From IMG/VR virus record IMGVR_UViG_3300044846_003573: a stretch of 64,000 nt of DNA. One strand, written 5' to 3'. The translations under genes were made by a program, and so were the position numbers. This document shows, piece by piece, positions 19,747 to 29,667 of this stretch (its first letter is position 1; each line of letters starts with the position of its first letter). Origin of the DNA: a virus (lineage: Duplodnaviria; Caudoviricetes). The notes beneath the pieces are model-generated. The model saw nothing but the letters and a program-made list of their open reading frames with translations. It made no database searches and was not told the DNA's origin.

Positions 19747-20808
19747 ATGAACGAAGTGCTAAACAAATATTTTGAGGAAGGGTTGGTGTATAAACAATTA
19801 CATCCAACTCTTCCTTTGACTATATGGAACTACACTGAAAAGGTTCAGTATGAAGGTCTTTTTGATGATGTTACTTTACAAACTCGTGGGTTAGTTACTG
19901 ACAACAAAGGTAATGTTGTTGCTCGTCCATTTAGAAAGTTCTTCAACATAGAAGAAGAAAGACACACTCCGACTTCTGAGTTTGATGTTTATGAAAAGAT
20001 GGATGGTTCACTTGGTATATTGTTCAACTATGAGGGACAATGGGTGATAGCAACTCGTGGTTCATTTGCGTCTGACCAATCATTAAAAGGTTTCTTCATG
20101 TTACAAAAGTATGACTTTAAGAAACTTCACAAAGATTACACTTACCTGTTTGAAATAATATATGATGATAACCGTATAGTTGTTAAGTATGACTATGAGG
20201 ACTTGGTATTACTTGGTATGATAAATACTGAAACTGGGTATGAGGTTGATTTACATGGTGAAGGTAACGATGTTAGATTTAAGAACATGGTTAACAATCT
20301 TGGTTTCAAAGTTGTCAAAAAATACGATGGAATTCGGGATTATACCGAATTGAAGGATAAAGTTGAGCAAAACGCTGAAGGATTTGTTGTTCGTTTTTCT
20401 AATGGAGATAGAATGAAAGTTAAGGGTGTTAAGTATCTTCGTCTTCATAAACTTATGACTAATGTATCTACTACTTCTGTTTGGGAAATGTTGAGCGAGG
20501 ACAAAGATGTATTGGAAATACTGAAAGATGTTCCTGACGAATTCTATAAGAAGATAAAGATGTATGTTCAAGAGTTAAGATATAACCACTATCAGTTTGG
20601 AGAACGTGCTGGTAAGATATATCAGTATTTCAGATATGGTAAGTATGGGGACAGAGAAACTGAACCATCAAAGAAAGACTTTGCTTTACACTTACAAGAA
20701 TGTGAAACTCACCCAAAGATAAAGGCGTTATGTTTTATGATGTGGGATGGAAAGAGTACTGATAAAGTAATATGGAATTATTTAAAACCCGAATATAAAA
20801 AGTTATGA
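19747..20808 (+). CDS. T4 RNA ligase 1-like RNA ligase
   Basis: RGLV..RPFRKFFN, EKMDGS, EGFVV, MKVK. Confidence 0.9.
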   Translation: MNEVLNKYFEEGLVYKQLHPTLPLTIWNYTEKVQYEGLFDDVTLQTRGLVTDNKGNVVARPFRKFFNIEEERHTPTSEFDVYEKMDGSLGILFNYEGQWVIATRGSFASDQSLKGFFMLQKYDFKKLHKDYTYLFEIIYDDNRIVVKYDYEDLVLLGMINTETGYEVDLHGEGNDVRFKNMVNNLGFKVVKKYDGIRDYTELKDKVEQNAEGFVVRFSNGDRMKVKGVKYLRLHKLMTNVSTTSVWEMLSEDKDVLEILKDVPDEFYKKIKMYVQELRYNHYQFGERAGKIYQYFRYGKYGDRETEPSKKDFALHLQECETHPKIKALCFMMWDGKSTDKVIWNYLKPEYKKL

Positions 20809-21005
20809 AAAAAGAAACATTTGGACAAATAGACCAAACCAATCCTGTTACAAGAGGTAGTACCGCTTTGGTATATAAAGAAGAAACACTTGAAGATGCA
20901 GCACAATCTTACGCTGTAAATCAAAGAAATAGAACTTCTCATTATATGGGGTTTATTCAAGGTGCTAAATGGATGGAAAGACAACTGAAAAATAAAACTA
21001 AATAA
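20805..21005 (+). CDS. hypothetical protein
   Basis: GFIQGAKW motif common in small phage proteins. Confidence 0.55.
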   Translation: MKKETFGQIDQTNPVTRGSTALVYKEETLEDAAQSYAVNQRNRTSHYMGFIQGAKWMERQLKNKTK

Positions 21006-21009
21006 AACT

Positions 21010-21288
21010 ATGAAAAAAATTTTAATATCCCCTTGGACATTGTTCTTCGTGTTCGTCGCAACAGTAATGTCGTTAATTGTAATTGCGTCTTATGATAAAC
21101 AAAATGGTTATTATTATAGTGAGGCTCATTATGTTATAAAGGTTGAGAGACACCGACCACAGAATGTTCATGAAGAGATGAACTTGTATTATGATATCAC
21201 ACTTGAAAATGGTGTGGAGATGAAGTCGTTGAGACAGGTATCTGTTGGTGATACTATCTACTTTGATATGTATAAAGTTGGAAAGTAA
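21010..21288 (+). CDS. membrane-anchored hypothetical protein
   Basis: N-terminal TM. Confidence 0.6.
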   Translation: MKKILISPWTLFFVFVATVMSLIVIASYDKQNGYYYSEAHYVIKVERHRPQNVHEEMNLYYDITLENGVEMKSLRQVSVGDTIYFDMYKVGK

Positions 21289-21312
21289 GTAATTTATTCG
21301 TATATTTGTTAA

Positions 21313-21993
21313 ATGTTGAAAGTAACCCTAATATCAGACACGCACACTAAAGAACGAAATGTTCTTGTGAATGGTGGTGATTTGATTTTACATAGCGGTG
21401 ACGTTATGAACTCAGGTTATAATTGGGAAGATTTGTATGACTTCTTAAAATGGTTCAGTGAGTTACCATATAAGATGAAGGTATTCATTCCTGGTAATCA
21501 CGACAGATACATTGAGGACAAACCATTTGACGCTTGGAAGATGATTCGTGAGTTTAACGACAAAGGTGTTGTTTGTTTGATTGATGACTTCGTTGAGTTT
21601 GAGGGATTGAAAATCTATGGTAGTCCTTGGCAACCTGAGTTCTACAATTGGGCATTCAATCTACCACGTAATGGTAAGGAGTTGGAAGAGAAGTGGGCAA
21701 ACATTCCTGACGATACCGACATCTTATTGACACACGGACCGGCTTGGGGTATCTTGGATACTGTAGTCAATCGTCGTGATATGAACTTGGGTTGTGAGAT
21801 GTTAACCAAACGATTGGAGACATTACACCCACTAATCCATAGTTGTGGGCATATCCACACAGGTTATGGGTATGTTGAGAAGAACGGAACACACTTCTTC
21901 AACGCATCTATCTTGGATGAGCGTTACCGTCACAACCAAAAACCTTTTGATATCACAATTAATTTAGAAAATAAACAAATAGATATATTATGA
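21313..21993 (+). CDS. metallophosphoesterase (MPPED-like)
   Basis: ISDTH, HSGD, PGNHD, LLTHGP, CGHIH. Confidence 0.88.
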   Translation: MLKVTLISDTHTKERNVLVNGGDLILHSGDVMNSGYNWEDLYDFLKWFSELPYKMKVFIPGNHDRYIEDKPFDAWKMIREFNDKGVVCLIDDFVEFEGLKIYGSPWQPEFYNWAFNLPRNGKELEEKWANIPDDTDILLTHGPAWGILDTVVNRRDMNLGCEMLTKRLETLHPLIHSCGHIHTGYGYVEKNGTHFFNASILDERYRHNQKPFDITINLENKQIDIL

Positions 21994-22259
21994 AAAAATC
22001 AAATTTTTATGTGGTGATGTTATTCACATCACTAACAATTATGGCAACAATGGTATCTTGTACCGATGCTGAAAAGAGTAAACTAGGTGGATATGGTGAT
22101 ACGTTCACAGTTAAAGTATTAGGACCTGACACCATAATTACTTACCATTCAACAGGTAAGGTTATTAGTGAACAAAATTCTGATGGATATTATTTCACAA
22201 ACCGAGATAATGGTAAATTAGTTGAGGTAAGTGGAAATGTTATAATAGAACAAGAATAA
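21990..22259 (+). CDS. small lipoprotein
   Basis: MVSC lipobox. Confidence 0.6.
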   Translation: MKKSNFYVVMLFTSLTIMATMVSCTDAEKSKLGGYGDTFTVKVLGPDTIITYHSTGKVISEQNSDGYYFTNRDNGKLVEVSGNVIIEQE

Positions 22260-22260
22260 T

Positions 22261-22989
22261 ATGATTGAAAAATTAGTTAAAAACAGAACCCCGTACCTTG
22301 GGAAAATGGTATTGAAGTTTGAGAAATATCCATACTACACAAGTAGTCATAATGGTCAATTAAATAAAGTTCACCTTAATTTAGGGTTCACCAAATTGGT
22401 GACTAGGTTCATACCAAATCAGGTTATGACAGGTCACTCAAATATTGACCCCAAGAAAGTTGAGTTGATTGAGAAATATACTGGTGGTGTTATTGGAACT
22501 CACAAGTGGGATAATGATGAATTTGTTTTGGAGGATTCTTTCTTAACTAAAGACGGGAAATACATTGGTAACATTGAGACTGCTTGGTGGTATTTTCAAA
22601 ACGGAATGACTGTTTGTGAAGAATATCCAAACGGAGTTGCTATTGTTTGGAATACTGTAAACTCTGATAAAACATTGATGAGTGGGTGGGGTGGTATTAA
22701 AGGTTACTATGGTTACACACATCGTGGTGGAGGTCTATTCAAAATTGGTGACCGATTGTTTGATGAAAAATATAATCCAGTTGTTGAGGATTATGATGAG
22801 AAGGAATTTACAAAGTGGTGGAAAACATATATCAAGTCATATAAAAAGGGTGACGATTTTGATAGAAAACACATTTATAATGATGGAATTAAATCGGTAA
22901 TACCATTCAACAAGAGAGGTAAACATACGATTAAAAATTGGGAAGACGCAAGAACTGCGGCGATTAATATGTCAAAATATCTATCATAA
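22261..22989 (+). CDS. hypothetical protein
   Basis: 242-aa ORF in operon. Confidence 0.65.
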   Translation: MIEKLVKNRTPYLGKMVLKFEKYPYYTSSHNGQLNKVHLNLGFTKLVTRFIPNQVMTGHSNIDPKKVELIEKYTGGVIGTHKWDNDEFVLEDSFLTKDGKYIGNIETAWWYFQNGMTVCEEYPNGVAIVWNTVNSDKTLMSGWGGIKGYYGYTHRGGGLFKIGDRLFDEKYNPVVEDYDEKEFTKWWKTYIKSYKKGDDFDRKHIYNDGIKSVIPFNKRGKHTIKNWEDARTAAINMSKYLS

Positions 22990-23189
22990 TGACGGGTAAA
23001 GTATATAAAACAACAAAAGGTTGGTTCGTTGAAACTAAAAACAATGAAATCATACCTGTACATCCAAATAGTGAATTGGATGAAATGAATAGTGGTAATA
23101 AAGTTGACTTTGATATTGTTGAAGAAGACAATAATGGAATGGGTTACACCGAGACATATGAACTAATCAAATATGCAAAAATTGTATGA
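22989..23189 (+). CDS. hypothetical protein
   Basis: overlapping stop/start. Confidence 0.55.
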   Translation: MTGKVYKTTKGWFVETKNNEIIPVHPNSELDEMNSGNKVDFDIVEEDNNGMGYTETYELIKYAKIV

Positions 23190-23489
23190 AAATAATACCA
23201 TTTTTTGATATGACTTGGAGCAGTGACTTCAAACAGGTTGGACTAATCCCAACAATCTTCGTAACTAAAAGCTACGGAAATAGATATAACTTGTGTATAA
23301 ACTTTTTATGTTTTGATTTTGGACTATGGGTGATAAAAAGAAAATGACACAACAAGAAATCATTTCAAGGATTATTGTATTAGAATCAATTATAACAGAG
23401 GCAGTGTCTAAAGGACACAAAGCACATACACAAGATGAGTTTCAACCATATAGGGAAGAACTTAAAGTATTAAGAAAAAAATTAATGTT

Positions 23490-23765
23490 ATGAGTAAAGT
23501 AAGAGTTATTGAAGATTTAAGTAAGTATGAAGATTACCTTACCGTTGGTAAACTTAAAAAGTTTTTAGAGGAACACTCCGAACTACCTGATGATGCTTTG
23601 GTTCTAACACAACGAGTGGAAGACAGGTACTATGAGGAAAATGGTTGGGGTGTTGTATTAAAAGGTAGTGTTTGGTATGAGACGGAACAAGAACAATACC
23701 ATCCGGCTTGGTGTTGTGTAAAATATAAGGATGACGATAATCTTTATTTGGATTTACATTATTGA
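23490..23765 (+). CDS. hypothetical protein
   Basis: ORF in operon. Confidence 0.6.
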   Translation: MSKVRVIEDLSKYEDYLTVGKLKKFLEEHSELPDDALVLTQRVEDRYYEENGWGVVLKGSVWYETEQEQYHPAWCCVKYKDDDNLYLDLHY

Positions 23766-23766
23766 T

Positions 23767-24108
23767 ATGAAAAAGATTAACGGAGAAGTATTATCAGAGC
23801 ATCCATTTCCAGGTTCTGAGTTTGTTCAGGATATAATTTATTATGATGGGCCAATCCTATCATTGTATAAGTTTGAAGATAGATTGTTCTTGTGGTATTG
23901 GATGGACACCAACGAAATAATGAACCGATGGGGTGTTATTGAAACCACAATGGATAGATTACAAACATGGAAAGAAAAAGATTATGTTTGGGAATTTGTT
24001 GAAGATTGTGTTTTGAATGACCAAGTTTATTTCATAAATTTGGACACTGAAAAGAAGTTTGTTGTTGGGTGGAAGTGTGATGTTAAAGAGTTAGTTAACT
24101 ACGATTAA
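23767..24108 (+). CDS. hypothetical protein
   Basis: YYDGPILS..LWYWMD pattern. Confidence 0.6.
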   Translation: MKKINGEVLSEHPFPGSEFVQDIIYYDGPILSLYKFEDRLFLWYWMDTNEIMNRWGVIETTMDRLQTWKEKDYVWEFVEDCVLNDQVYFINLDTEKKFVVGWKCDVKELVNYD

Positions 24109-24127
24109 TAATTAAATAAATAAATAT

Positions 24128-24526
24128 ATGTTAAAAAAATCAGTTATTTTACCAGTCCTTGCGTCTGTTGTTCTTGTATTATTCTTATCATCATTTGGAC
24201 TTATGATATCCAAGATGTTGTATCAAGAAACCCCTGTTAGTAAAGAAACACCTAAGTTTGAAGCACCATCTTGTGAAGATGAATGTGATGAAGATGAGGA
24301 CAAAATTGAATTTCAAACATTGGATACCTGTTTGAGTAGTGAAGAGATGTATCCAGCGGTAGTCGTTGATATTCAAATTGACGAGTATTACGGTAAAGGA
24401 AAATACTATGCGGTTACTACACAAAATGGTATTCTTTATTATACTAAAAAGAAACCAAAAATTGGTGATACTGCTATGTTCGTGGATGATAACCACAACA
24501 TCATCAATTGTGATATGAATAAATAA
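24128..24526 (+). CDS. membrane-anchored hypothetical protein
   Basis: N-terminal TM. Confidence 0.6.
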   Translation: MLKKSVILPVLASVVLVLFLSSFGLMISKMLYQETPVSKETPKFEAPSCEDECDEDEDKIEFQTLDTCLSSEEMYPAVVVDIQIDEYYGKGKYYAVTTQNGILYYTKKKPKIGDTAMFVDDNHNIINCDMNK

Positions 24527-24534
24527 TAAGGATT

Positions 24535-24741
24535 ATGGATAATTGTTTTGAGGTTAAGAAAATTGCTTACGAAATTACAACAGCTCTAAAATATTTTGAG
24601 AAAGAAAGAACTGGATTTGAAAGTTGTAGTTTAACGGTTCTACCTGAGGTGGAACAATCAAATGATGAAATCATAATCCCTGTTATTACAAAAAATAATA
24701 AACAAATAAAAATATCTATATCAGTAAATGAAACTGTTTGA
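24535..24741 (+). CDS. hypothetical protein
   Basis: ORF in operon. Confidence 0.5.
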   Translation: MDNCFEVKKIAYEITTALKYFEKERTGFESCSLTVLPEVEQSNDEIIIPVITKNNKQIKISISVNETV

Positions 24742-25048
24742 TGTAAAATTAGGAAAATGTATTGTGGGGTTTTATTATAAAACTCTATGGACGGATAATA
24801 CTTTGAAGCAAAGTAATTATCGTCATGTTGGTGTCTTTACCTCAAGACACTTGGCTTATGTGTGGTATAAAGATGAAAAGACTGGTGAGAAGAAACGAGA
24901 GTCAACCTATAACTTTGGTTTGGACTTGGTTGTGGCTCGTCTTTGGATATCGTTTAACTTCAACAAGAAGAAAGGAGCTAAACCAAAAGAAGACAAACGA
25001 AAATTCGTTGAACCACTTTCAACTGAAGAAGTTGTTTGGGAACAATGA
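24728..25048 (+). CDS. hypothetical protein
   Basis: ORF in operon. Confidence 0.55.
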   Translation: MKLFDVKLGKCIVGFYYKTLWTDNTLKQSNYRHVGVFTSRHLAYVWYKDEKTGEKKRESTYNFGLDLVVARLWISFNFNKKKGAKPKEDKRKFVEPLSTEEVVWEQ

Positions 25049-25272
25049 AAAAGTATATCCACGTCAATCAACACAAGATAAGGTCCAACAAGAAGAATAA
25101 CGAGTTAGAACCTGTTATAACCATTAAAGAAGGTAAAAAGAACACCTATTGTTCCGAGGTTGAAATCTTGGGACCTAGTCGTGTTGTGTATGGTGGTAAT
25201 GAAAAGACATTGTTGTCCTGTGGGGCACGTGTGATAATTGAAACTGAATCGGAAATTAATATCATAAGATAA
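25045..25272 (+). CDS. conserved small phage protein
   Basis: IHVNQH.IRSN..PVITIK..CGARV pattern recalled from other large phages. Confidence 0.6.
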   Translation: MKKYIHVNQHKIRSNKKNNELEPVITIKEGKKNTYCSEVEILGPSRVVYGGNEKTLLSCGARVIIETESEINIIR

Positions 25273-25625
25273 TGGCAACACTTGAATCACAATATTGGAA
25301 GTTTTTGGAAGATAACCCTGGCTCAACTCTAACATTTGAAGAGTGGAATGTTGAGTTAGGTAAACGAATTAAAATGGGTTTTGAAAACAGGAAAAATAAT
25401 TTAGATGAACAACTTGAAGAGTTTGAAATGGTTCGTTATAGAATGGAGGCTGAAGGTTTCCATTACTGTTTCAAACATTACTCATCATTCAAAGAAGTTA
25501 AGGATGAAAAGTTTCACGAATTAAGAAATAAATATTTGGAGATATCTCACGAACTTGAGGAATATGTCCATTCAAAGATTAGCACATTGAGAGATGAAAT
25601 TGATGGATTGGAAGAAATCATTTAA
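25272..25625 (+). CDS. hypothetical protein
   Basis: ORF in operon. Confidence 0.6.
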   Translation: MATLESQYWKFLEDNPGSTLTFEEWNVELGKRIKMGFENRKNNLDEQLEEFEMVRYRMEAEGFHYCFKHYSSFKEVKDEKFHELRNKYLEISHELEEYVHSKISTLRDEIDGLEEII

Positions 25626-26303
25626 ATAAGTAACTGATATGAGAAGTAAAACGTTAGACAGAATCCTTAAAGAAATGGAGAACGACACTTGGCATGTTAA
25701 GTTAAGAAGGTGGTGGAGAGTGAGATTGTGGGTATGGACTTGTAGAACAAGATGGATTTGGGATTTAGAATATGAACGTAATATCTTTAGAAATAAGAAA
25801 AACAAATAAAGTTACAGTTTTGGGTGTTGTTGAATTAAATACGTAAAAATACGTATTGGGGGATTATGGAATTAGTTATATATTTGTAAAAGAAATAAAA
25901 ACAAAACTAAACAACTATGTTAGACACAATGATTTATATTTTATTATTCATGCTGGTAGTAATCTTTCCAGTGTCCTTTGTATTATACGTTGCTGTATGG
26001 ACTCCTAAACAGAAGATGAAAGGTCATGCAGGTAGAGGTAAATGTAAATGTTGTAATAACTAAAAAATAAATAACTATGGACAGAAGAGAAGGAATGCCT
26101 GTAGAAGCATTAGGACAAATACTATTTGTTATACTCACAATTTGGGGAATAGCTTATGGAGTGTCTTGGCTAATTGAATTAATCTAAAACTAAATAACTA
26201 TGGAAAACACCGATTTAAATTCTCAAAGAATTATTCAAGCATTGCGTCAACCAACAAACGAAATTGTTGAAAGCATTTTAATTTCACTAATTACTAAATA
26301 ACT

Positions 26304-26909
26304 ATGAAAAAACTATTTGTACTAGCTATGGTAAGCCTTTTATGTTTACCTGTATTTTCTCAAACTTCTAACTATTACATTGAAATAGTTAACAATGACT
26401 TTAACAACGATAGTTGTGGAATTATAAATATGAGTATTGACCCTGCTGCTAATTATACAGCTTGTGGTGTAGTAGTAAATGGGGTTGGTATTAAAAAAAG
26501 TGTAACATACCCTTTTACTATGACTGCTAATCACATATTCAATTTTACTCTACATTTTGAAACTACTTGTGGATGTGTCTATGATTTTATAATCTCAGAT
26601 ACAGTAACGTTTGTACCAAATACCACATATGCAAGAGTAATTTTTGCTGATGGGGATGATTGCAATGACTCAAGTACTTTTGTTCTAGGGACAGATGAAT
26701 TAGAAATTACTACGGTTTTAACAATTTATCCTAGCCCAGCAACTGAACAGATAACTTTAAGTAGAATAGGTGATGTGTTAATATATTCATCTAATGGAAA
26801 GTTAGTTAAAAATGTTAGGAATGAGAAAATAATTGATGTTAGTGATTTACCAAGTGGGTTATATCTTGGATTCATTAATGGGAAGAAGTTTAATTTTATT
26901 AAAAAGTAA
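26304..26909 (+). CDS. secreted protein with T9SS C-terminal sorting domain
   Basis: signal peptide; IYPSPA..IYSSNGKLV..IDVSDLPSGLY..FIKK. Confidence 0.85.
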   Translation: MKKLFVLAMVSLLCLPVFSQTSNYYIEIVNNDFNNDSCGIINMSIDPAANYTACGVVVNGVGIKKSVTYPFTMTANHIFNFTLHFETTCGCVYDFIISDTVTFVPNTTYARVIFADGDDCNDSSTFVLGTDELEITTVLTIYPSPATEQITLSRIGDVLIYSSNGKLVKNVRNEKIIDVSDLPSGLYLGFINGKKFNFIKK

Positions 26910-27074
26910 ATAATTATGGAAAAGAAAAAAACACTTGAAGATGCTCTTAAAAATTATGTGCAAGGTAAAGACACCGTTGCTAAAAATATACCTGTTTATT
27001 CTGAAAATGGGGAGAAACTATACTTTAATGAGCAAGGCTATTTAATCAAATTGTATCATGAAAACTAAATAACT

Positions 27075-27335
27075 ATGGAAAAGAAACAAACTGCGGTTGA
27101 ATGGTTGGTGGAACAACTCGATAAACTTGAATATGAGTATGATGTTGAAGGAATAAGCATATTAGATTTCGATAAAAGAAAAATAGAAATTGAAAACCAA
27201 GCCAAGCAAATGATGAAGGAGCAGATGAAAGATGTGTATCTAACTCACTGTGTTAAATCAGAGCGTTTGAGAAAAATCTTTGAGCAACAATTTGATGATT
27301 TTTACAACGAAACTTACGGACAAACTAAAAACTAA
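27075..27335 (+). CDS. MEKKQTAVEWL-family phage protein
   Basis: paralog of 27342. Confidence 0.7.
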   Translation: MEKKQTAVEWLVEQLDKLEYEYDVEGISILDFDKRKIEIENQAKQMMKEQMKDVYLTHCVKSERLRKIFEQQFDDFYNETYGQTKN

Positions 27336-27341
27336 ATAACT

Positions 27342-27587
27342 ATGGAAAAGAAAGAAACTGCGGTTGAATATCTTGTAGAGCAATTATTTAAAATACACAA
27401 CAATACTACTGATGTTAAAGAAATGAATAGCAAAAGTATTATTGAACAAGCCAAGCAAATGGAGAAGGAGCAACACGAAGAAACTTGGTTTAGTAGTAGA
27501 GATGAAGATATGGGTGATGAATTTAAGGTGGAGCAAAAGTCATTTGAGGACTACTACAACGAAACTTATGGAGAAACTAAAAACTAA
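27342..27587 (+). CDS. MEKKETAVEYL-family phage protein
   Basis: shares AKQM.KEQ and YNETYG.TKN with 27075. Confidence 0.7.
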   Translation: MEKKETAVEYLVEQLFKIHNNTTDVKEMNSKSIIEQAKQMEKEQHEETWFSSRDEDMGDEFKVEQKSFEDYYNETYGETKN

Positions 27588-27593
27588 ATAACT

Positions 27594-27794
27594 ATGGAAA
27601 ACCTCACAGTTTATTCTACAAATGGTAATCTTATTGAACATTCAAAACCTATCGTTACTATTGAGACGGAAGTAGAAATTGCAGGGCAAGGAGAACTACC
27701 AATTAAAATAATTGCAGATTTTACAGATATTCCTGAGCATAAGCATGAGCTGTTTTTTCAAGCATTCAAAATGATGTATAATATTAAATTTTAA
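27594..27794 (+). CDS. hypothetical protein
   Basis: cassette in junction array. Confidence 0.6.
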   Translation: MENLTVYSTNGNLIEHSKPIVTIETEVEIAGQGELPIKIIADFTDIPEHKHELFFQAFKMMYNIKF

Positions 27795-27805
27795 ACTAAA
27801 AAACT

Positions 27806-28408
27806 ATGAAAAAACTATTTGTATTAGCTGTAGCAAGTCTTTTATGGCTTCCCGTATTTTCTCAAACAACATATTACATTAATATTGTTAATAGTGACTT
27901 CAACAATGATAGTTGTGGAATCATTAACACCACAATTGACCCTCCTGGGGATTGGATAGCATGTGGTGTATTAGTAAATGGGGTTGTGTTTCAAAAAAGT
28001 GTAACCTATTCGTATAACGTAACATCTGACCATATATTTAATTCTACTTTACACATTGAAACCACTTGTGGATGTGTCTATGATTTTACAATCACCGATA
28101 CTGTGTTATTCGCATTGTTAAATAGCCATTATACTAGAATAATTTTCATTGATGGAAATGATTGCACTGATTATGGTACAATTGTTTTAGGTGTGGATGA
28201 ATTAACTAGTGATGCTTTAACAGTTTATCCAAATCCAGCAAATAGTCAAATAACTTTAAGTAAGATAGGTGATGTGTTAATATATTCATCTAATGGACGG
28301 TTGATTAAGACTATTAAAAATAAGAAGGTAATTGATGTTAGTGATTTACCAAGTGGGTTATATCTTGGGTTCATTAATGGAGAGAAGTTTAACTTTATTA
28401 AAAACTAA
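27806..28408 (+). CDS. second T9SS C-terminal-domain protein
   Basis: paralog of 26304; VYPNPA..IDVSDLPSGLY. Confidence 0.85.
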   Translation: MKKLFVLAVASLLWLPVFSQTTYYINIVNSDFNNDSCGIINTTIDPPGDWIACGVLVNGVVFQKSVTYSYNVTSDHIFNSTLHIETTCGCVYDFTITDTVLFALLNSHYTRIIFIDGNDCTDYGTIVLGVDELTSDALTVYPNPANSQITLSKIGDVLIYSSNGRLIKTIKNKKVIDVSDLPSGLYLGFINGEKFNFIKN

Positions 28409-28518
28409 ATAACTATGAATATTAAAAGAAAGATTTTAACATCAATTTTTAATTGGTTGGGAAAAAGATGGGATGACTATAATGAATCATTCAAAAACGG
28501 ATTTAATTATTAAAAATT

Positions 28519-28809
28519 ATGAATAACGAAATTGAAATAAAACCAGTATCCGAAATGGAAGCTGACACAAGACGACTTTGTGAAATACGATTTGATTGTA
28601 TGGTAACAATGCATGATGCTGCGTTTAAAAAGTATAAGGGAATGTGGGGTCAAGAAAACCAATCAAAGAAACCACAATGGTTTAAGTCCAACACTACTCT
28701 CACATTAGAGTTTATTAAAGATGCTGAACCTCAACTTATAGGTGAGCACATCAAACAAATGTTTCATCAATTAGAACAAACAATAGAACAATATGAATCT
28801 GTCAGATAA
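28519..28809 (+). CDS. hypothetical protein
   Basis: overlaps the thyA start. Confidence 0.6.
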   Translation: MNNEIEIKPVSEMEADTRRLCEIRFDCMVTMHDAAFKKYKGMWGQENQSKKPQWFKSNTTLTLEFIKDAEPQLIGEHIKQMFHQLEQTIEQYESVR

Positions 28810-29623
28810 ATACTATTTACAGAACATTCAAAAAATTATGTCAGAAGGTTCTTGGGATGAAAATCCTAGACCAAAATATTATGATGGAGTGACGGCTCAT
28901 TCAAAATTCATCACAGGAGTTTTTGAAGAGTATGATATCTCAAAAGGAGAGTTCCCAATACCAACATTAAGAAATACTGCAATAAAAACAGGTATTAAAG
29001 AAATATTATGGATTTATCAAAAACAAACTTCATCATTACGAGTTGCTCGTGAAATGGGAATTAATTGGTGGGAAGATTGGAACGTAGGTGATGATACTAT
29101 TGGTCAGAGATATGGAGCAACTATTGGTAGATATAATTTAATTGATAGATTATTAAAGGGTTTGATTGACGACCCATTTGGAAGAAGACATATAATCAAT
29201 ATGTTCCAATATCACGATTTGTTTGAAACAAATGGATTATACCCTTGTGCTTATGAAACATTGTGGTCAGTTAGAAAAGGTGACGATGGATTGATACTTG
29301 ATATGACATTGATTCAGAGAAGTAATGATTTTATTACCGCTGGTTATATTAACAAAATACAATACACCGCACTTTTAATGATGGTTGCAGGTCATTGTAA
29401 CTATAAAGTTGGTAAGTTTTGTCATTTAGTTCAGAACCTACACATATATGATAGACATTTTGATGCGGTTGCCGAATTATTAAACAAGGAGCCGTTAGAC
29501 ATCCAACCAAAAATAATTTTGAAAGAAAACAAAAACTTTTATGATTATACAATTGATGATTTTGAAATTGTTGGAATTGAAGGTATTACCAAAATAAATT
29601 CAAAATTAGAGTTAGCAATTTAA
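28793..29623 (+). CDS. thyA: thymidylate synthase
   Basis: EILWI, RRHI, LYPC, QRSND, NLHIYDRH. Confidence 0.93.
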   Translation: MNLSDKYYLQNIQKIMSEGSWDENPRPKYYDGVTAHSKFITGVFEEYDISKGEFPIPTLRNTAIKTGIKEILWIYQKQTSSLRVAREMGINWWEDWNVGDDTIGQRYGATIGRYNLIDRLLKGLIDDPFGRRHIINMFQYHDLFETNGLYPCAYETLWSVRKGDDGLILDMTLIQRSNDFITAGYINKIQYTALLMMVAGHCNYKVGKFCHLVQNLHIYDRHFDAVAELLNKEPLDIQPKIILKENKNFYDYTIDDFEIVGIEGITKINSKLELAI

Positions 29624-29667
29624 GATTTCCGTTGGTTTCCATATATTTATATAATATACGGAAACCT

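Larger units (their letters stand above)
25903..28417 (+). repeat. about 10 copies of the AAAACTAAATAACTATG junction motif joining short genes
   Basis: precedes ATGs at 25917, 26077, 26200, 26304, 26916, 27075, 27342, 27594, 27806, 28415. Confidence 0.85.

Noticed and set aside
25903-28417. True integron
   Set aside because: No integrase and no attC-like imperfect palindromes; the junction is a short direct repeat.
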